Virus record (IMG/VR): IMGVR_UViG_2513237176_000002 | Strand: one strand, 5' to 3' | DNA: 64,000 nucleotides | Source: a virus | Taxonomy: Duplodnaviria > Caudoviricetes | Shown: one piece after another, positions 49,944-59,959 of the stretch | Layout: every line of letters begins with the position of its first letter | Numbering within the stretch: the stretch's first letter is position 1 | Translations under genes and position numbers: made by a program | Notes under the pieces: model-generated | What the model was told of the DNA's origin: nothing | The model's input: only the letters and a program-made list of their open reading frames with translations | The model's database searches: none

Positions 49944-50127
49944 GAGACCAGCATAGGCATCAGTCAAGAGACATGGCGGTTGCCGATCCGAACCCACGGC
50001 TGGCGCCCATCCCCGAAGGCACATTCTCGCGGGAAGCTGGGTTGACGGACCGCATCTCTTCCAACCGAGCTGCTGACCAAACACACTAGCTGGTGTGGCA
50101 GGCCTGCCGAGCGGGGAAGGTGCAGAG

Positions 50128-50352
50128 ATGAGCGACGTCTTCCGACTGTGCGTTGAAACCACTGACGGAGCCTCAACAAACATTGACAAGGTGCCAGCAA
50201 CAGCCGTGATGGAAACGATGAATCGCTACGTCAACCGGCTGGGAGACGGTTTGTCGTTCATCGCCGCAGCTGGTCCCGTGTCATGGACCTGGGACGAGAT
50301 TCACGCCATCCGCCTGGTGCGGGGCAGCTACACCGTCGAGGAGTATCCGTAA
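50128..50352 (+). CDS. Small protein, paralog of 13191-13418
   Basis: MSDVFR...HAIRLVRG..T.EEYP shared. Confidence 0.75.
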   Translation: MSDVFRLCVETTDGASTNIDKVPATAVMETMNRYVNRLGDGLSFIAAAGPVSWTWDEIHAIRLVRGSYTVEEYP

Positions 50353-50460
50353 GGTGGCCGACCCGCTTCGGTCGGAGTGGCAACTTAAACTTCGCCGCGG
50401 CGCGGTACGGTGACCATTCAACACGTGGGGGAAGCTGGACCGAGCTTCCCCGGCCAAACC

Positions 50461-50844
50461 TCATTCTGCGTTCGCCCTGCCGTTCGATGACCCCACCTCG
50501 TCGGTGCGGACCATCTCCATCAGCGTCTCCCGCGACACATGCGGCGACAGCACCGCCGCCCGCCAGCGCCGCATCAAACCCATCAGCTCAGCGAGGCTGG
50601 TCCTCAGATCGGCCATCTCCTCCCGTGCCTGCCGGGCCTCCTCGCGGGCCTCCTTCGCCTCCTTAGTCACCTCCTTGACCCGCTCCTGCAGCGGCTCCAC
50701 CAGGGTGAGCGCCGTATCAGTGAGCACATCTGCAGCCTCGGCCCGGATTTTGCGGCGCTGGAACACCGATCCGACCAGTGCCCCGAGCCCGCCGATGCCG
50801 CCGAGCACACCGATGACCGCCGTGACGATCTGCGTGGCGTCCAC
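50461..50844 (-). CDS. Lysis-region TM plus coiled-coil protein
   Basis: N-terminal GG-rich TM then coiled coil; downstream of the lysin. Confidence 0.7.
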   Translation of the reverse strand: MDATQIVTAVIGVLGGIGGLGALVGSVFQRRKIRAEAADVLTDTALTLVEPLQERVKEVTKEAKEAREEARQAREEMADLRTSLAELMGLMRRWRAAVLSPHVSRETLMEMVRTDEVGSSNGRANAE

Positions 50845-50846
50845 GG

Positions 50847-51317
50847 CTACTTCTCCTCGGCGAGCAACGTCACCTCAGCGGTGGTACCGGTACGGGCCGC
50901 TTTGGTGGCCCGGCCGATGTCCCGGACGATCTGCGCCACCCGCGCCCACGACGCGACCGCGATGGCGCCGATGAAGCTTCCGGCGGTGATGGCCTGTGAC
51001 CCGGACACGGTGACGAGGGCGATCGTGTACATGGTGGTGGCGGCGGCGAGGACGAATACCCCGATCGACTCCAGCTTGAGGCTGGCGTACAGGGTGCCCG
51101 GCCAGAACACCCCGGTAAGACCGACAACGCCGCCGATCAGCAGCTCGTACGTCCAGATCTGCTGCACCACCGGATGCAGCGCGGACGCCACCGAACGCGG
51201 CGACAACTGCATGGTGAGGAGCGTGACCCCGGCCAGCGCGGCAGCAGCGAGGGTCATCACCTCGAACGGGTGCCGGCCGGTCACCACCTGAATTGGGCGC
51301 AGGAACCGGTTCGGCAT
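50847..51317 (-). CDS. Lysis-region 4-TM membrane protein (holin-like)
   Basis: Four TM segments; coupled to the lysin. Confidence 0.65.
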   Translation of the reverse strand: MPNRFLRPIQVVTGRHPFEVMTLAAAALAGVTLLTMQLSPRSVASALHPVVQQIWTYELLIGGVVGLTGVFWPGTLYASLKLESIGVFVLAAATTMYTIALVTVSGSQAITAGSFIGAIAVASWARVAQIVRDIGRATKAARTGTTAEVTLLAEEK

Positions 51318-52351
51318 CAGGCGGCGAGCATCTCGCGCAGCGCCCCGGTGACCGCGGACTGCAGTTCGTCGGCGCTGATGTCGTCCCGGTCGGCGGGCAG
51401 CATCCCGATCACTGCGGCGGCAACCGTCGGCGCGAGAGCCGCCGCGAGCGCCTTCTCGTCCACGAAGTCGAGCTTCGCGACCGCGGCGATCCCTGCCTGC
51501 GCGTTGCCGGCGTAGCCGCGGGCCGCGATCGTCGCGTTGTAGATGTTCGCGATGTATGACTCCGCCGACCAGTGGGTGTTCGGTGAGTTGTCCGGGTTCT
51601 TCGACCCGGCCGGGGCGCCGAGCACGCCGTCGGTGCGGAACACGGCGGCGGCGAGTGCGGCTTTGACGTCGGTGTCCTTGAGCAGCGTCAGGAACTCGTC
51701 CTTGGTCATGGTGTCATCCTCCTGTTGCTGCGGGGCGATGGATTGCTGCCATTCGACGTACGTCCAGCCCATGTCGATCGTCAGGGCCTTCCACATGTGC
51801 GGGAAGGAACCGACGATGGCGCGGCGGAACGAGTCGTGCCGGTGCCAGGTGTGCGTGGTGTCGCCGCTGGTCTCGTCGTCGTCGCGGTACTCGTTGTAGC
51901 CCTCGATGACACGGTCGTTGTCGATCTGCCCGAGGGTGTACGCGTAGACGTCGTCCGGGCGCAGATCGTCCGGGTCCCGCATCGCAGTGATCAGGCGCTT
52001 GGTGTACAGCGAGATCGTGCGGTAGTCGCCGCGCTGGGCGTCGCGGAACGTCCAGTCGTGTGCCGAGGTGAAGTTCTTCCACCACGGTCCTGTCCGGTCG
52101 GGTGCCCGCCGGATCGAATGGTCGGTACGACTATCGCCGAGCCCGTGATCCGGAAGCCGCGAGCCGTACGAGTGGTAGCCCGGCTTCAGGGCCAGCGTGC
52201 CGCCGTTCTCCGACTTCTCCGGCTCCAGCGCCTCGCGCATGCAGACCAGCCACCACAGGGCGTCCGTCATCCGCTGCGGGTTCGGGTTGGGCCGGGGGAG
52301 TGTGAAGTCCGGCGGAGCGCCGCGGGAGTGTGTGCGCGGGTGCATGACCAT
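51317..52351 (-). CDS. Putative endolysin (Zn-peptidase M15-like) with VDE.ALA C-terminal tail
   Basis: Position after tail genes; KPGYH...AHD...HTWHRH candidate metal ligands. Confidence 0.65.
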   Translation of the reverse strand: MVMHPRTHSRGAPPDFTLPRPNPNPQRMTDALWWLVCMREALEPEKSENGGTLALKPGYHSYGSRLPDHGLGDSRTDHSIRRAPDRTGPWWKNFTSAHDWTFRDAQRGDYRTISLYTKRLITAMRDPDDLRPDDVYAYTLGQIDNDRVIEGYNEYRDDDETSGDTTHTWHRHDSFRRAIVGSFPHMWKALTIDMGWTYVEWQQSIAPQQQEDDTMTKDEFLTLLKDTDVKAALAAAVFRTDGVLGAPAGSKNPDNSPNTHWSAESYIANIYNATIAARGYAGNAQAGIAAVAKLDFVDEKALAAALAPTVAAAVIGMLPADRDDISADELQSAVTGALREMLAA

Positions 52352-52711
52352 CAGGCCGCCTCCATCCGCTCCACCCGCCGGGCGGTGTCGATGACTGCGT
52401 CGGCGGTGTCGGCGTGCCACTGGTCGTGGATGCTGCGCCCCTTGTCGGGGATCGCGGTGCCGCAGATGACGCACGGGTAGAACGCGGTGTCGGTGGGCAG
52501 CGGGCGCGGGCCGATGCCGATGAAGTCGCCGCCGCTACTCACGGTGCTCTTCGAACCCGTTGAAGGCGGGCTGGGCGGCCTGGGCGAGCGCGGTGAGCCG
52601 GTCGATTTCGCGTTGCTGCATGGCGATGATCGCCGCCTGCTCGGCCAGTTTAAATTCGATGGGATAGTCCTGCTGGATCTGGCCCAGGAGGACTGCGGGG
52701 TCAAGCTGCAT
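52351..52711 (-). CDS. Two small late genes (52351-52542, 52535-52711)
   Basis: CVIC..HDQWH motif; short coiled-coil gene with AGGAG RBS. Confidence 0.6.
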
Positions 52712-52720
52712 GCGGGTCTC

Positions 52721-53164
52721 CTAGCTCGACAGCAGTTCGATGAACAAAAATCCGGGGGCGGCTGCGGAGCCGCGGACCTGATGGTTCGCGGAGCCCGAGT
52801 TGCGTTGCGAGGTCAGGGCGAACGTCTTCGACCCGGACGCAACGGCCGTGTATTCCGCGTGGATGCGGCAGGTGAAGCCGACACCGGAGTTCGACAGGAT
52901 CGCGTACTGGCCGATGTTGAGCTGGGTGCCGCTCACGCCGTCTTCGCGGATCCGCAGTTGGTTCGTTTCATTCACCGGGAAGGTGCCGGTACTGATCGAC
53001 AGGCGGACGTCAGCGACAATCGCGTACGTCCAGCCGGCGACCAGCACCCCAGCGACGGTGAGAACCGACGTTTCGGCGGTGAACGTGGCACTGTCGGCGG
53101 TGAGTTTCGCAGTGTTAACGCGGCGCGCAAGTAGGGCCGCCGAGAGGACTTGGCCGGCTGGCAT
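52721..53164 (-). CDS. Minor tail / fibre-like beta protein
   Basis: PAGQVLSAALL N-terminus, beta-sandwich pattern, position after the large tail protein. Confidence 0.65.
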   Translation of the reverse strand: MPAGQVLSAALLARRVNTAKLTADSATFTAETSVLTVAGVLVAGWTYAIVADVRLSISTGTFPVNETNQLRIREDGVSGTQLNIGQYAILSNSGVGFTCRIHAEYTAVASGSKTFALTSQRNSGSANHQVRGSAAAPGFLFIELLSS

Positions 53165-53172
53165 GCCACCTC

Positions 53173-56019
53173 CTACAGGGCCACATATGCCGGGTCGGCG
53201 AGCGATACTCGCGCCCCGCCCACATGGGGTTTGTTGACATTGTTTTTGGACCTGACCGCACCGGTGACGGTTTGCAGGTAGGGTCCAGTGCCGGTCGGGG
53301 CGGACATGCCGGCTGCGGGGACACCGATGACTTCACCGTCGATGTCCAGGTCGTAGCCGCCCGCGGTCGCCCATGTCTCCATCCGGCTCACCGTTTTGAT
53401 GACGAACGTGGTGGCCGAGGCGTTCAGTGCCGCGTTGAGGGTGCTCGACAGTGAGTCCAGCAGCGAACCAGGGTCGTCGACGACCGCGACCCGCCACGGC
53501 TCAGCTGGATCCGTGTCCACCGAGGCAGCCCACGACCGTGGCGCGAGGGTCTCGGATCCGCCGACGATAACCTGGTCGATGGTGTCGACCCCGGCGATCG
53601 TCGGCTGGTTGAGGCGCTGAATGCGGGAACCGGGCCGGCACAGCAGCCAGTCGTCGATCAGGTCGGGGTTGGCGGCCAGGTCAATGCTGGCGGCCGGATA
53701 GGTGGCGCCTTGCGCGTCCGCGGTCAGGTGGACGCGCCAGCGGGCGTGATCGCCGAGCTGGGTGTCCGACAGCAGATCCAGCGTGGCCTTGCCGGGGATG
53801 GTGCCGCGCCGCTGCCGGTAAGTGGTGTCCGCTCCCCAGGTCGCCGACGACCCACCGGTCCGCTCAACCGTCCAGTAGTTCGGGGCCCGCGAGTTGAGGA
53901 CTGGCACCAGCACTTGGGCGGGGTCGGTGCCCGCGGACCGGGCGTACGTGCCGAGGTCGATCACCATTGTCGGGTCCGGGTTGTAGCGGGCCGCCCGCGG
54001 CACCATCGTGTACCCGAACGCGTCTTCGTGCAGGATGGCCCCGGACTCGGCCTCTGCCGCCGCCTTGACCAAGTCCACGAAAGTGCCAGGCTGCTGAGTG
54101 TTGAGCTGGGTGATGCCGTCTGCCGGGGGAGTGGCGGTCACCTCGAACGGCACCCGTTCCTCAGCGGACAGCCGCCCAGCCCGCTTGTGGGCGGGTTCGC
54201 CCCACCAGCCGCGGTCCGCACGGTACTGGCCGTACTCGTCGACCTTGAACGGCAGCCCCGAACTGTCCGTGTTGCGCACCAGCAGGTGACCCATGATGAA
54301 CTTCAGGCCCGCCTGGTTGGTGGAGGCGGTGACGTTCGCCCGGTCCGGGTTCAAGGAGATCGGCCCGAGTACGGAGCCGAGGGTGCCGGCAACCGTGCCG
54401 CTGCCCCACGTGTTCGCATTGAGCAGGATGTCGACGTCGATGTTGCCGCCGTCTTGGACCATGACGACGTCGATGAACATCCAGCCGACGAAGTTGTGGT
54501 TCGCGACGGCGACGGTGGTGTTGGTGCCGGCCTGCGTGTTGTAGGCGCGGACGATGTGGCCGGGCGTGTTGGTGGAGATCAACGCCCACCGGTCCCAGGT
54601 GCCGGTCGTTGACCATTCCAGCAGCCGGATTTCGCTGGTTGCTGGTAGGACGGCTTGGGTGAACTGGTTGACGGAGACGGTGACCGTCCACGCATTAGAG
54701 GTGACGAGGTTGGTGACCGACCCGGCCAGGCGGGCACCGGCTGCCAGGGACACCAGGTTTTTGGTGCCGTAGTTCGCCAGTTCGGCGTCGTCGGGAACAC
54801 CGGTGCTGGCATCGAACACGACGGGGCCGGTGGGCAGCAGCGGTGGTTGCCCTTCCAGGGCGGACGCGGCCTGCGTGGACCGTTCAGCGTCTTCGAGCGG
54901 CCAGTAGGCAACCGGCTCCACCGCGCCTTTCTGCAGGGCGCGGCGCAGCGGTGACCACTCGGGTGCGTCCTTGCCTTCCAACCGGGTGCCGACCCCGCCC
55001 AGTTCGATCTGGGCGACGCTGTGCGCCGAGCCGTCAGCAAGCGGCAGGAAGGTGGTGCGGACGTCGGCGATGTAGCCTTCGAACCGCGAGTATTTGGGCT
55101 GCTCCACCCGGAAGTTGTCGACGGTGAACACGTACGGCAGCGCGTTCGTGGTTGACGCGAAAATCCAGGCCTGGAAGCCCAGGTAGTCCTGCCGCCCGGT
55201 CTGCACGGTCACCGTGTAGTCGATCGGCCAGTCGGAAGGTTCGGTGCCGGATGCCGCCCAGGCGCGCATCCGTACCCGTTCGCCGACGACGAGGAGCCGC
55301 AGCCGGATCATCTGCCCGGCCGCGTAGGTGAGGCCCGGCTGGCTCGCGGCAGCCAGATCCGACGTGTTGTGCCGCAGCCGTAGCCCGATGGTGCCGCCGG
55401 TGCCGAAGTCGAGGGCCGCCCACAGGTTGGTGTTCGCGGCGGTGCCCCGGAAGTAGATGCCGGCGCCGACCGCGTTGCCGACCGGAATGGCGGGAACCGC
55501 GACGTCGATGGTGGCGTCGATGTCGCGGTGCGGCACCACCGCCCGCGCCCGGCGGATCACGTCTTTCGCGGTGAACGTGATCTGCCCTTGGGTGCCGTTG
55601 GTGCTCATCGCGGCGGGGCTCGAATACGACCACATTGTCGGCCCGACGTCGGCGGGTCCGATTGAGTTGGTTTGCGGGGTGCCGGTGAACGTGTGCAACA
55701 CGATCGGACCCGGCTTGGTGCGCACTTCCAGTTTGAACGGGGTGCCGGCGTCCACGTACGGCCACCACTGCGAGCCGGGATGCAGCGCGGTCAGCTGGCC
55801 GTCGTCGTTGAGCAGGTGCACGGTTGCGGACGCCGACCGGCTGCTGGACCCGCCGACGATCACACCCCACTGGATGGTGATCGGTGTCGGGAGCAGCCGG
55901 TCGGACAGGTCCGTCCACGTCCACGTGTCCGGGTCGGCGGTCAGGTCGGCACCGAACGCCGCGCTGGCGGTTATTTCCAGGTCGGCGCTGCCGGGGAACT
56001 CGCCGGTCGGGGATGTCAC
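53173..56019 (-). CDS. Large minor tail protein with lectin/LamG-like domains
   Basis: WTWTDLS, LLNDDGQLT, PVAYWPLED, GEVI.V...TVT.AVRS.N.V.K.H..GA.V.LA.P. Confidence 0.85.
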   Translation of the reverse strand: MTSPTGEFPGSADLEITASAAFGADLTADPDTWTWTDLSDRLLPTPITIQWGVIVGGSSSRSASATVHLLNDDGQLTALHPGSQWWPYVDAGTPFKLEVRTKPGPIVLHTFTGTPQTNSIGPADVGPTMWSYSSPAAMSTNGTQGQITFTAKDVIRRARAVVPHRDIDATIDVAVPAIPVGNAVGAGIYFRGTAANTNLWAALDFGTGGTIGLRLRHNTSDLAAASQPGLTYAAGQMIRLRLLVVGERVRMRAWAASGTEPSDWPIDYTVTVQTGRQDYLGFQAWIFASTTNALPYVFTVDNFRVEQPKYSRFEGYIADVRTTFLPLADGSAHSVAQIELGGVGTRLEGKDAPEWSPLRRALQKGAVEPVAYWPLEDAERSTQAASALEGQPPLLPTGPVVFDASTGVPDDAELANYGTKNLVSLAAGARLAGSVTNLVTSNAWTVTVSVNQFTQAVLPATSEIRLLEWSTTGTWDRWALISTNTPGHIVRAYNTQAGTNTTVAVANHNFVGWMFIDVVMVQDGGNIDVDILLNANTWGSGTVAGTLGSVLGPISLNPDRANVTASTNQAGLKFIMGHLLVRNTDSSGLPFKVDEYGQYRADRGWWGEPAHKRAGRLSAEERVPFEVTATPPADGITQLNTQQPGTFVDLVKAAAEAESGAILHEDAFGYTMVPRAARYNPDPTMVIDLGTYARSAGTDPAQVLVPVLNSRAPNYWTVERTGGSSATWGADTTYRQRRGTIPGKATLDLLSDTQLGDHARWRVHLTADAQGATYPAASIDLAANPDLIDDWLLCRPGSRIQRLNQPTIAGVDTIDQVIVGGSETLAPRSWAASVDTDPAEPWRVAVVDDPGSLLDSLSSTLNAALNASATTFVIKTVSRMETWATAGGYDLDIDGEVIGVPAAGMSAPTGTGPYLQTVTGAVRSKNNVNKPHVGGARVSLADPAYVAL

Positions 56020-56524
56020 CAGCCCGCCCCCTTACTGCCAGGAGCCGGAGACTGATCCATGAAATAGGTCCAGAGCAGCGGATCGGCGCTCTGGCCCACC
56101 CCCGTTGGTCCGTTCCGGCACGCCATGACCCACCGGCTGCAATTCGAGCCAGAGGCTACGAACATCAGGCTTTAACAGTGGGCGTCTTCATGACGCAGTA
56201 GTGACTCCTTTAGATCCCAGCTGCACGCATGGATTCCCCTCGAATGCCGCAATGACCTGCACGTTTTCCTGTGCTGCCCCATGTCCCGCCAGCTGCTCAG
56301 AAGACCACGTCTCGCTATCCGCGACGGAGCGGAGTACCTCTCTGGCAGGGCCAAGAAAGGGCGGTTATGCGCGAGAGGTCCACCAGGCGGCTGTACAACT
56401 ATGTCCAGGTCGGGGCGGCACCCGAGCGACTACTCGCCTGTCAGCGCTGGAGACGAGAAGCGCTCCAGCCTCACCCTCCAGGCAGGAGGGCCCTCCAGGC
56501 AGGAGGACTACACGAGGAGGCGCG

Positions 56525-56725
56525 ATGCGGAAGCACCGCACCGGCCCTGCGAAACACCGAAAGCGCGAGGCTGCGCGACGCCAACGGAAGACGGCGCCGC
56601 AAACGACCCCTCAAGGCAATCGGTGGCGTCTCAACACTGAGGCGTCGGTCGTGGTGATGAGGTTCGCCACGGCGATGGTGCGGATGTTCCACACCATCAA
56701 CGGAGAGGGTCCCGCCGGCTACTAA
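56525..56725 (+). CDS. Small basic protein inserted antisense within the tail operon
   Basis: AGGAGG RBS; K/R-rich N-terminus plus hydrophobic helix. Confidence 0.5.
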   Translation: MRKHRTGPAKHRKREAARRQRKTAPQTTPQGNRWRLNTEASVVVMRFATAMVRMFHTINGEGPAGY

Positions 56726-56849
56726 CAACCGGCGAGACCCCGTTGAGGCGGGGCGCCCGAAAGCTTCGCGGGCGGAAGGGCGCTCCGTTCCTCCTCACCA
56801 TCGCATGCTCCCAGCGATGTCAGGCGGTCAGAACTGAAAGCCGAGGGGG

Positions 56850-59800
56850 TTAGCTACCGAACGCCAACTGCGGGTCACCCCGATACGAGAACTTGATCAG
56901 GTTGCGGAAGGCGTCCAGGACTTGATCCCCGGTGGCCCCCGACACCCAGCGGGCCTCGAGAGTGCGGGAATCCGCCACCGCGAGGCTGCGGGTGATCGCC
57001 GCATCCGCGTCGAACCCGAGCCCCATCGCCGCGTCATCAATCTGCGGCAACGCGGACGCGGCCAGACGTTCGGCTGCCGCCTGCACCAGGCCGGCGTCGG
57101 CGTCGATTCCCAGGGCAAGGCCCTCCGGTACACCGCGGCCCAGCTTCGCTGCCTCTTTCGACGGCGAGTTGATGCCGAGTGCCGCTTGGATGGCGTTGGT
57201 GACATAGTTCTGCGCGAAGTTCGCCACCCGGTTCCACAGCCACGACGACAGTTCGGCGATGCCGTTCCACAGGCCGCGGACCACGTTGCGGCCGGCGGAC
57301 ACTAGCCACGAGCTGGCGTTCGACACCGCCCCGGTGACCTGGCTGCGGAGCTGTCCGGCCCTCGAGCGCAGGTCGCCGAGCCGGTTGGAGATCCCCGACA
57401 TGAGCCCGCCGACCGCGTTGCGGCCGGTGCCGGCCAGCCACGACCCGGCGCCCGCGACAGCGTTCGTGACGGTCGTCTTCAGCTGCTCGGCTCGGCTGCG
57501 CAGCGACCCCAGCAGATTGGAGATCCCGTTCAGGAAGCCGCGCACCACGTCGGCGCCGATGCTGGCGAACACGGTGCTCGGGGACTTGATCCCGAACAGG
57601 TTCTTGACCGCGCTGATAACGCCGTTGAACGCCGCCTTCACCACGGCCTTGACGATCGGGCCTTGCGCGACGATCCCGGCGAGGAAACCGGTGACGATCC
57701 CCGCCGCGATGTCCGCGCCGAGGCTTTCGGACTCGTCGGACGAGAACGCGGACCGGATCTGCTCATACAGGCCAGTGATCTTGTTGCCGAGTTCGATGCC
57801 CTCCGAGATCGCCGCCTGCACCTTGCCGATGAAGTCTTGGATCTTCTGCTGGTTCTGCGGGTTCGCCAGGTAGTCGGCGACCTTCTGCAAGCCGATCCGG
57901 AACTTCTCCAGCGGGGACTCGCCGGGGTTTGTCGCCTGCGACCCGGTGATGATCTCGAAGATGGAGCCGATGATCGAAGCGACCGTGTTACCGATCGCGA
58001 AGATCTCCCGCAAAGCCTGGCTAGCCCGCTCGAAGAAGTCCTCAAGGCCGCCGGACCGTTCGCCCTGCTCCACCCAATCCGAGAACCGGGTAACGATCTC
58101 GGCCAGGCCCTCGCCGAGCTCCTTCAGGAACGGCGCCGACGCCTTCGCTAGCCGCCCGAACGCCGGAACCAGCTTGTTCGCGACCGCGTCGAGCAGCGGC
58201 TCCAGGCCTTGCCGGAAACCCTCCGCCGCGGCCTGGATGTTGTCCATGAACTCGGTCGTGGACAGCTGCGAGCCGAGATCCTTGAAGAAGCCGTTGAACG
58301 TGTCCGCGTACGCGCCGAGCGTCGTCTTCAGCCGCGGGATCCAGGCGTTCCCGAGGTTCGTGACCGTGCGGTCCAAGCCCTGGAACAGGCGCTGCTGCAC
58401 GTCCAGCCGCAGATCGTCGAACGCGGGCTTCAACGCCTTGATCGCGTTGACGAACTTCTGCGCGGCCGGTGCCAGCTTGGTGACCTCCTTCGCCACCCCG
58501 CCGCCGCCCGAGGCGACCTTCTGCTGCGACTGGGCAAGAGAATCCTGCGCCGACTTCAGGCCATCGGTTGCGGACTTGACGCCGTCGAGGGCCGCTTTGA
58601 CCCCGTCCTGCGCCGACGCGAGGGAGTCCTGGGCGTCGATGACCCCGAGCTGGGCGTCCCGGACACCCTTGAGAGCTTCTTCCTGATCTCGGTAGGCGTC
58701 CTGAACCTCGTCGGACCCCTCCACGCCTTTCCGGTTCGCTTCGTCGGTGGCCTCACCGAGATCCCCAGCAGTGTCCTTCGCCTCTTCGAGCGCCAACTGG
58801 GCGCGCTGATAGGCGAGCTCAGCGCGCTGAATGTCCGGCAGATTGCCGGTCACCCTGGCGGCCTCGAGCTCCCGCAGGGCGTCAGTAACGCCGAGCGCGG
58901 CCTCCTTCTCCGACAGTTGCGCGCCCCGCAACGCCCGGTTGAGGTCTTCGATGTTCTCCGCCGCGTCCTTACGCGCCTGGTTGATGGCCTTCTGCGCGTC
59001 GGTGACCCGCTTCTGCGCCTCCACCACCCGCAGCTGCGCCTCGGCATAGTTGCGTTCCGCCGCAGCCAGCGACCGCTCGGAGGCCTCGACCTGCCGATTT
59101 GCGGCGGCGATACCCCGCCGGGCGGCCTCCACCTGCCGGGCTGCTGCGGCGATCTGCCGGGCCTGGTTGACCGCACCCCCGCCGCCTCCACCGCCCCCAC
59201 CGGTGTCCTTGAACGCCTCCCCGATGCCCTTGAACCCCAGCCCGAGAGTGCCGATCACCGCACCGACACCGGCCAGCGCACCGGGAATCGCCGCAGCAGC
59301 ACCCGCCACCGCCGTGATAGCCGGCACCGCAGCCACAGCCGCGGCGGACAGCGCGGCCATCGCCGCGACAGCGCCAGCGACCAGCCCGACGATGATTCCG
59401 ACGGGCCCGGACGCTGATGACAGCGCGCCGGACAGGCTGCTGCCGAGCTGCACGGCCTGACCGGCACCCCGCGAGATCGCGTCACCGAGGCCGTTGAACG
59501 CGCCCTTCAGCGCAGACACGCCGGGGATGGCGCCGGACAACATCCGGCCAATACCCGACAGCGCCCGCGACGGCTTGTCCGTGTCAACGTCAACTTCGAC
59601 GTCCACGTGAACATCGGCGCCCTGACCGGCGCGCGCCGCCGCGGCACGGACCTGCTCCGGTAGCCGGGACGTGTCCGCATCCACCGGCACGCTCGCCTTG
59701 ACGCCCTGCACCGCCGAGGACACGGCGGCCCGTAGCCTCTGCCCAAGTCCCTGGACGCCGTTTGTGTCGGCAGTGACCGGGACCTGTACCGGCCCGGACT

Positions 59801-59942
59801 GGGTGATGGCGTCCCGGATCGCGCGGGCCGGGTCAAGGTCCCGGAACGCGGCCTCGACCTTGTCTTTTAGGTCTTTGGCGAGCCGCCGCGCATCGGCGAT
59901 GATCTCGACGCTGACTTCGCCGCTGGACACCGGGGAGGTCAT
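56850..59942 (-). CDS. Tail tape measure protein
   Basis: 1030 aa, Ala-rich coiled coil, GIKSPSTVF / GINSPSK motifs, follows the tail chaperones. Confidence 0.92.
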   Translation of the reverse strand: MTSPVSSGEVSVEIIADARRLAKDLKDKVEAAFRDLDPARAIRDAITQSGPVQVPVTADTNGVQGLGQRLRAAVSSAVQGVKASVPVDADTSRLPEQVRAAAARAGQGADVHVDVEVDVDTDKPSRALSGIGRMLSGAIPGVSALKGAFNGLGDAISRGAGQAVQLGSSLSGALSSASGPVGIIVGLVAGAVAAMAALSAAAVAAVPAITAVAGAAAAIPGALAGVGAVIGTLGLGFKGIGEAFKDTGGGGGGGGGAVNQARQIAAAARQVEAARRGIAAANRQVEASERSLAAAERNYAEAQLRVVEAQKRVTDAQKAINQARKDAAENIEDLNRALRGAQLSEKEAALGVTDALRELEAARVTGNLPDIQRAELAYQRAQLALEEAKDTAGDLGEATDEANRKGVEGSDEVQDAYRDQEEALKGVRDAQLGVIDAQDSLASAQDGVKAALDGVKSATDGLKSAQDSLAQSQQKVASGGGGVAKEVTKLAPAAQKFVNAIKALKPAFDDLRLDVQQRLFQGLDRTVTNLGNAWIPRLKTTLGAYADTFNGFFKDLGSQLSTTEFMDNIQAAAEGFRQGLEPLLDAVANKLVPAFGRLAKASAPFLKELGEGLAEIVTRFSDWVEQGERSGGLEDFFERASQALREIFAIGNTVASIIGSIFEIITGSQATNPGESPLEKFRIGLQKVADYLANPQNQQKIQDFIGKVQAAISEGIELGNKITGLYEQIRSAFSSDESESLGADIAAGIVTGFLAGIVAQGPIVKAVVKAAFNGVISAVKNLFGIKSPSTVFASIGADVVRGFLNGISNLLGSLRSRAEQLKTTVTNAVAGAGSWLAGTGRNAVGGLMSGISNRLGDLRSRAGQLRSQVTGAVSNASSWLVSAGRNVVRGLWNGIAELSSWLWNRVANFAQNYVTNAIQAALGINSPSKEAAKLGRGVPEGLALGIDADAGLVQAAAERLAASALPQIDDAAMGLGFDADAAITRSLAVADSRTLEARWVSGATGDQVLDAFRNLIKFSYRGDPQLAFGS

Positions 59943-59959
59943 GACACCCCCGGCCCGAC

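Noticed and set aside
56446-56520. CsrA/RsmA-sponge sRNA (many GGA motifs)
   Set aside because: The GGA motifs fall mainly in stems rather than loops
58494-59200. Gly-run repeats in the tape measure gene
   Set aside because: Ordinary flexible linkers flanking the coiled coil
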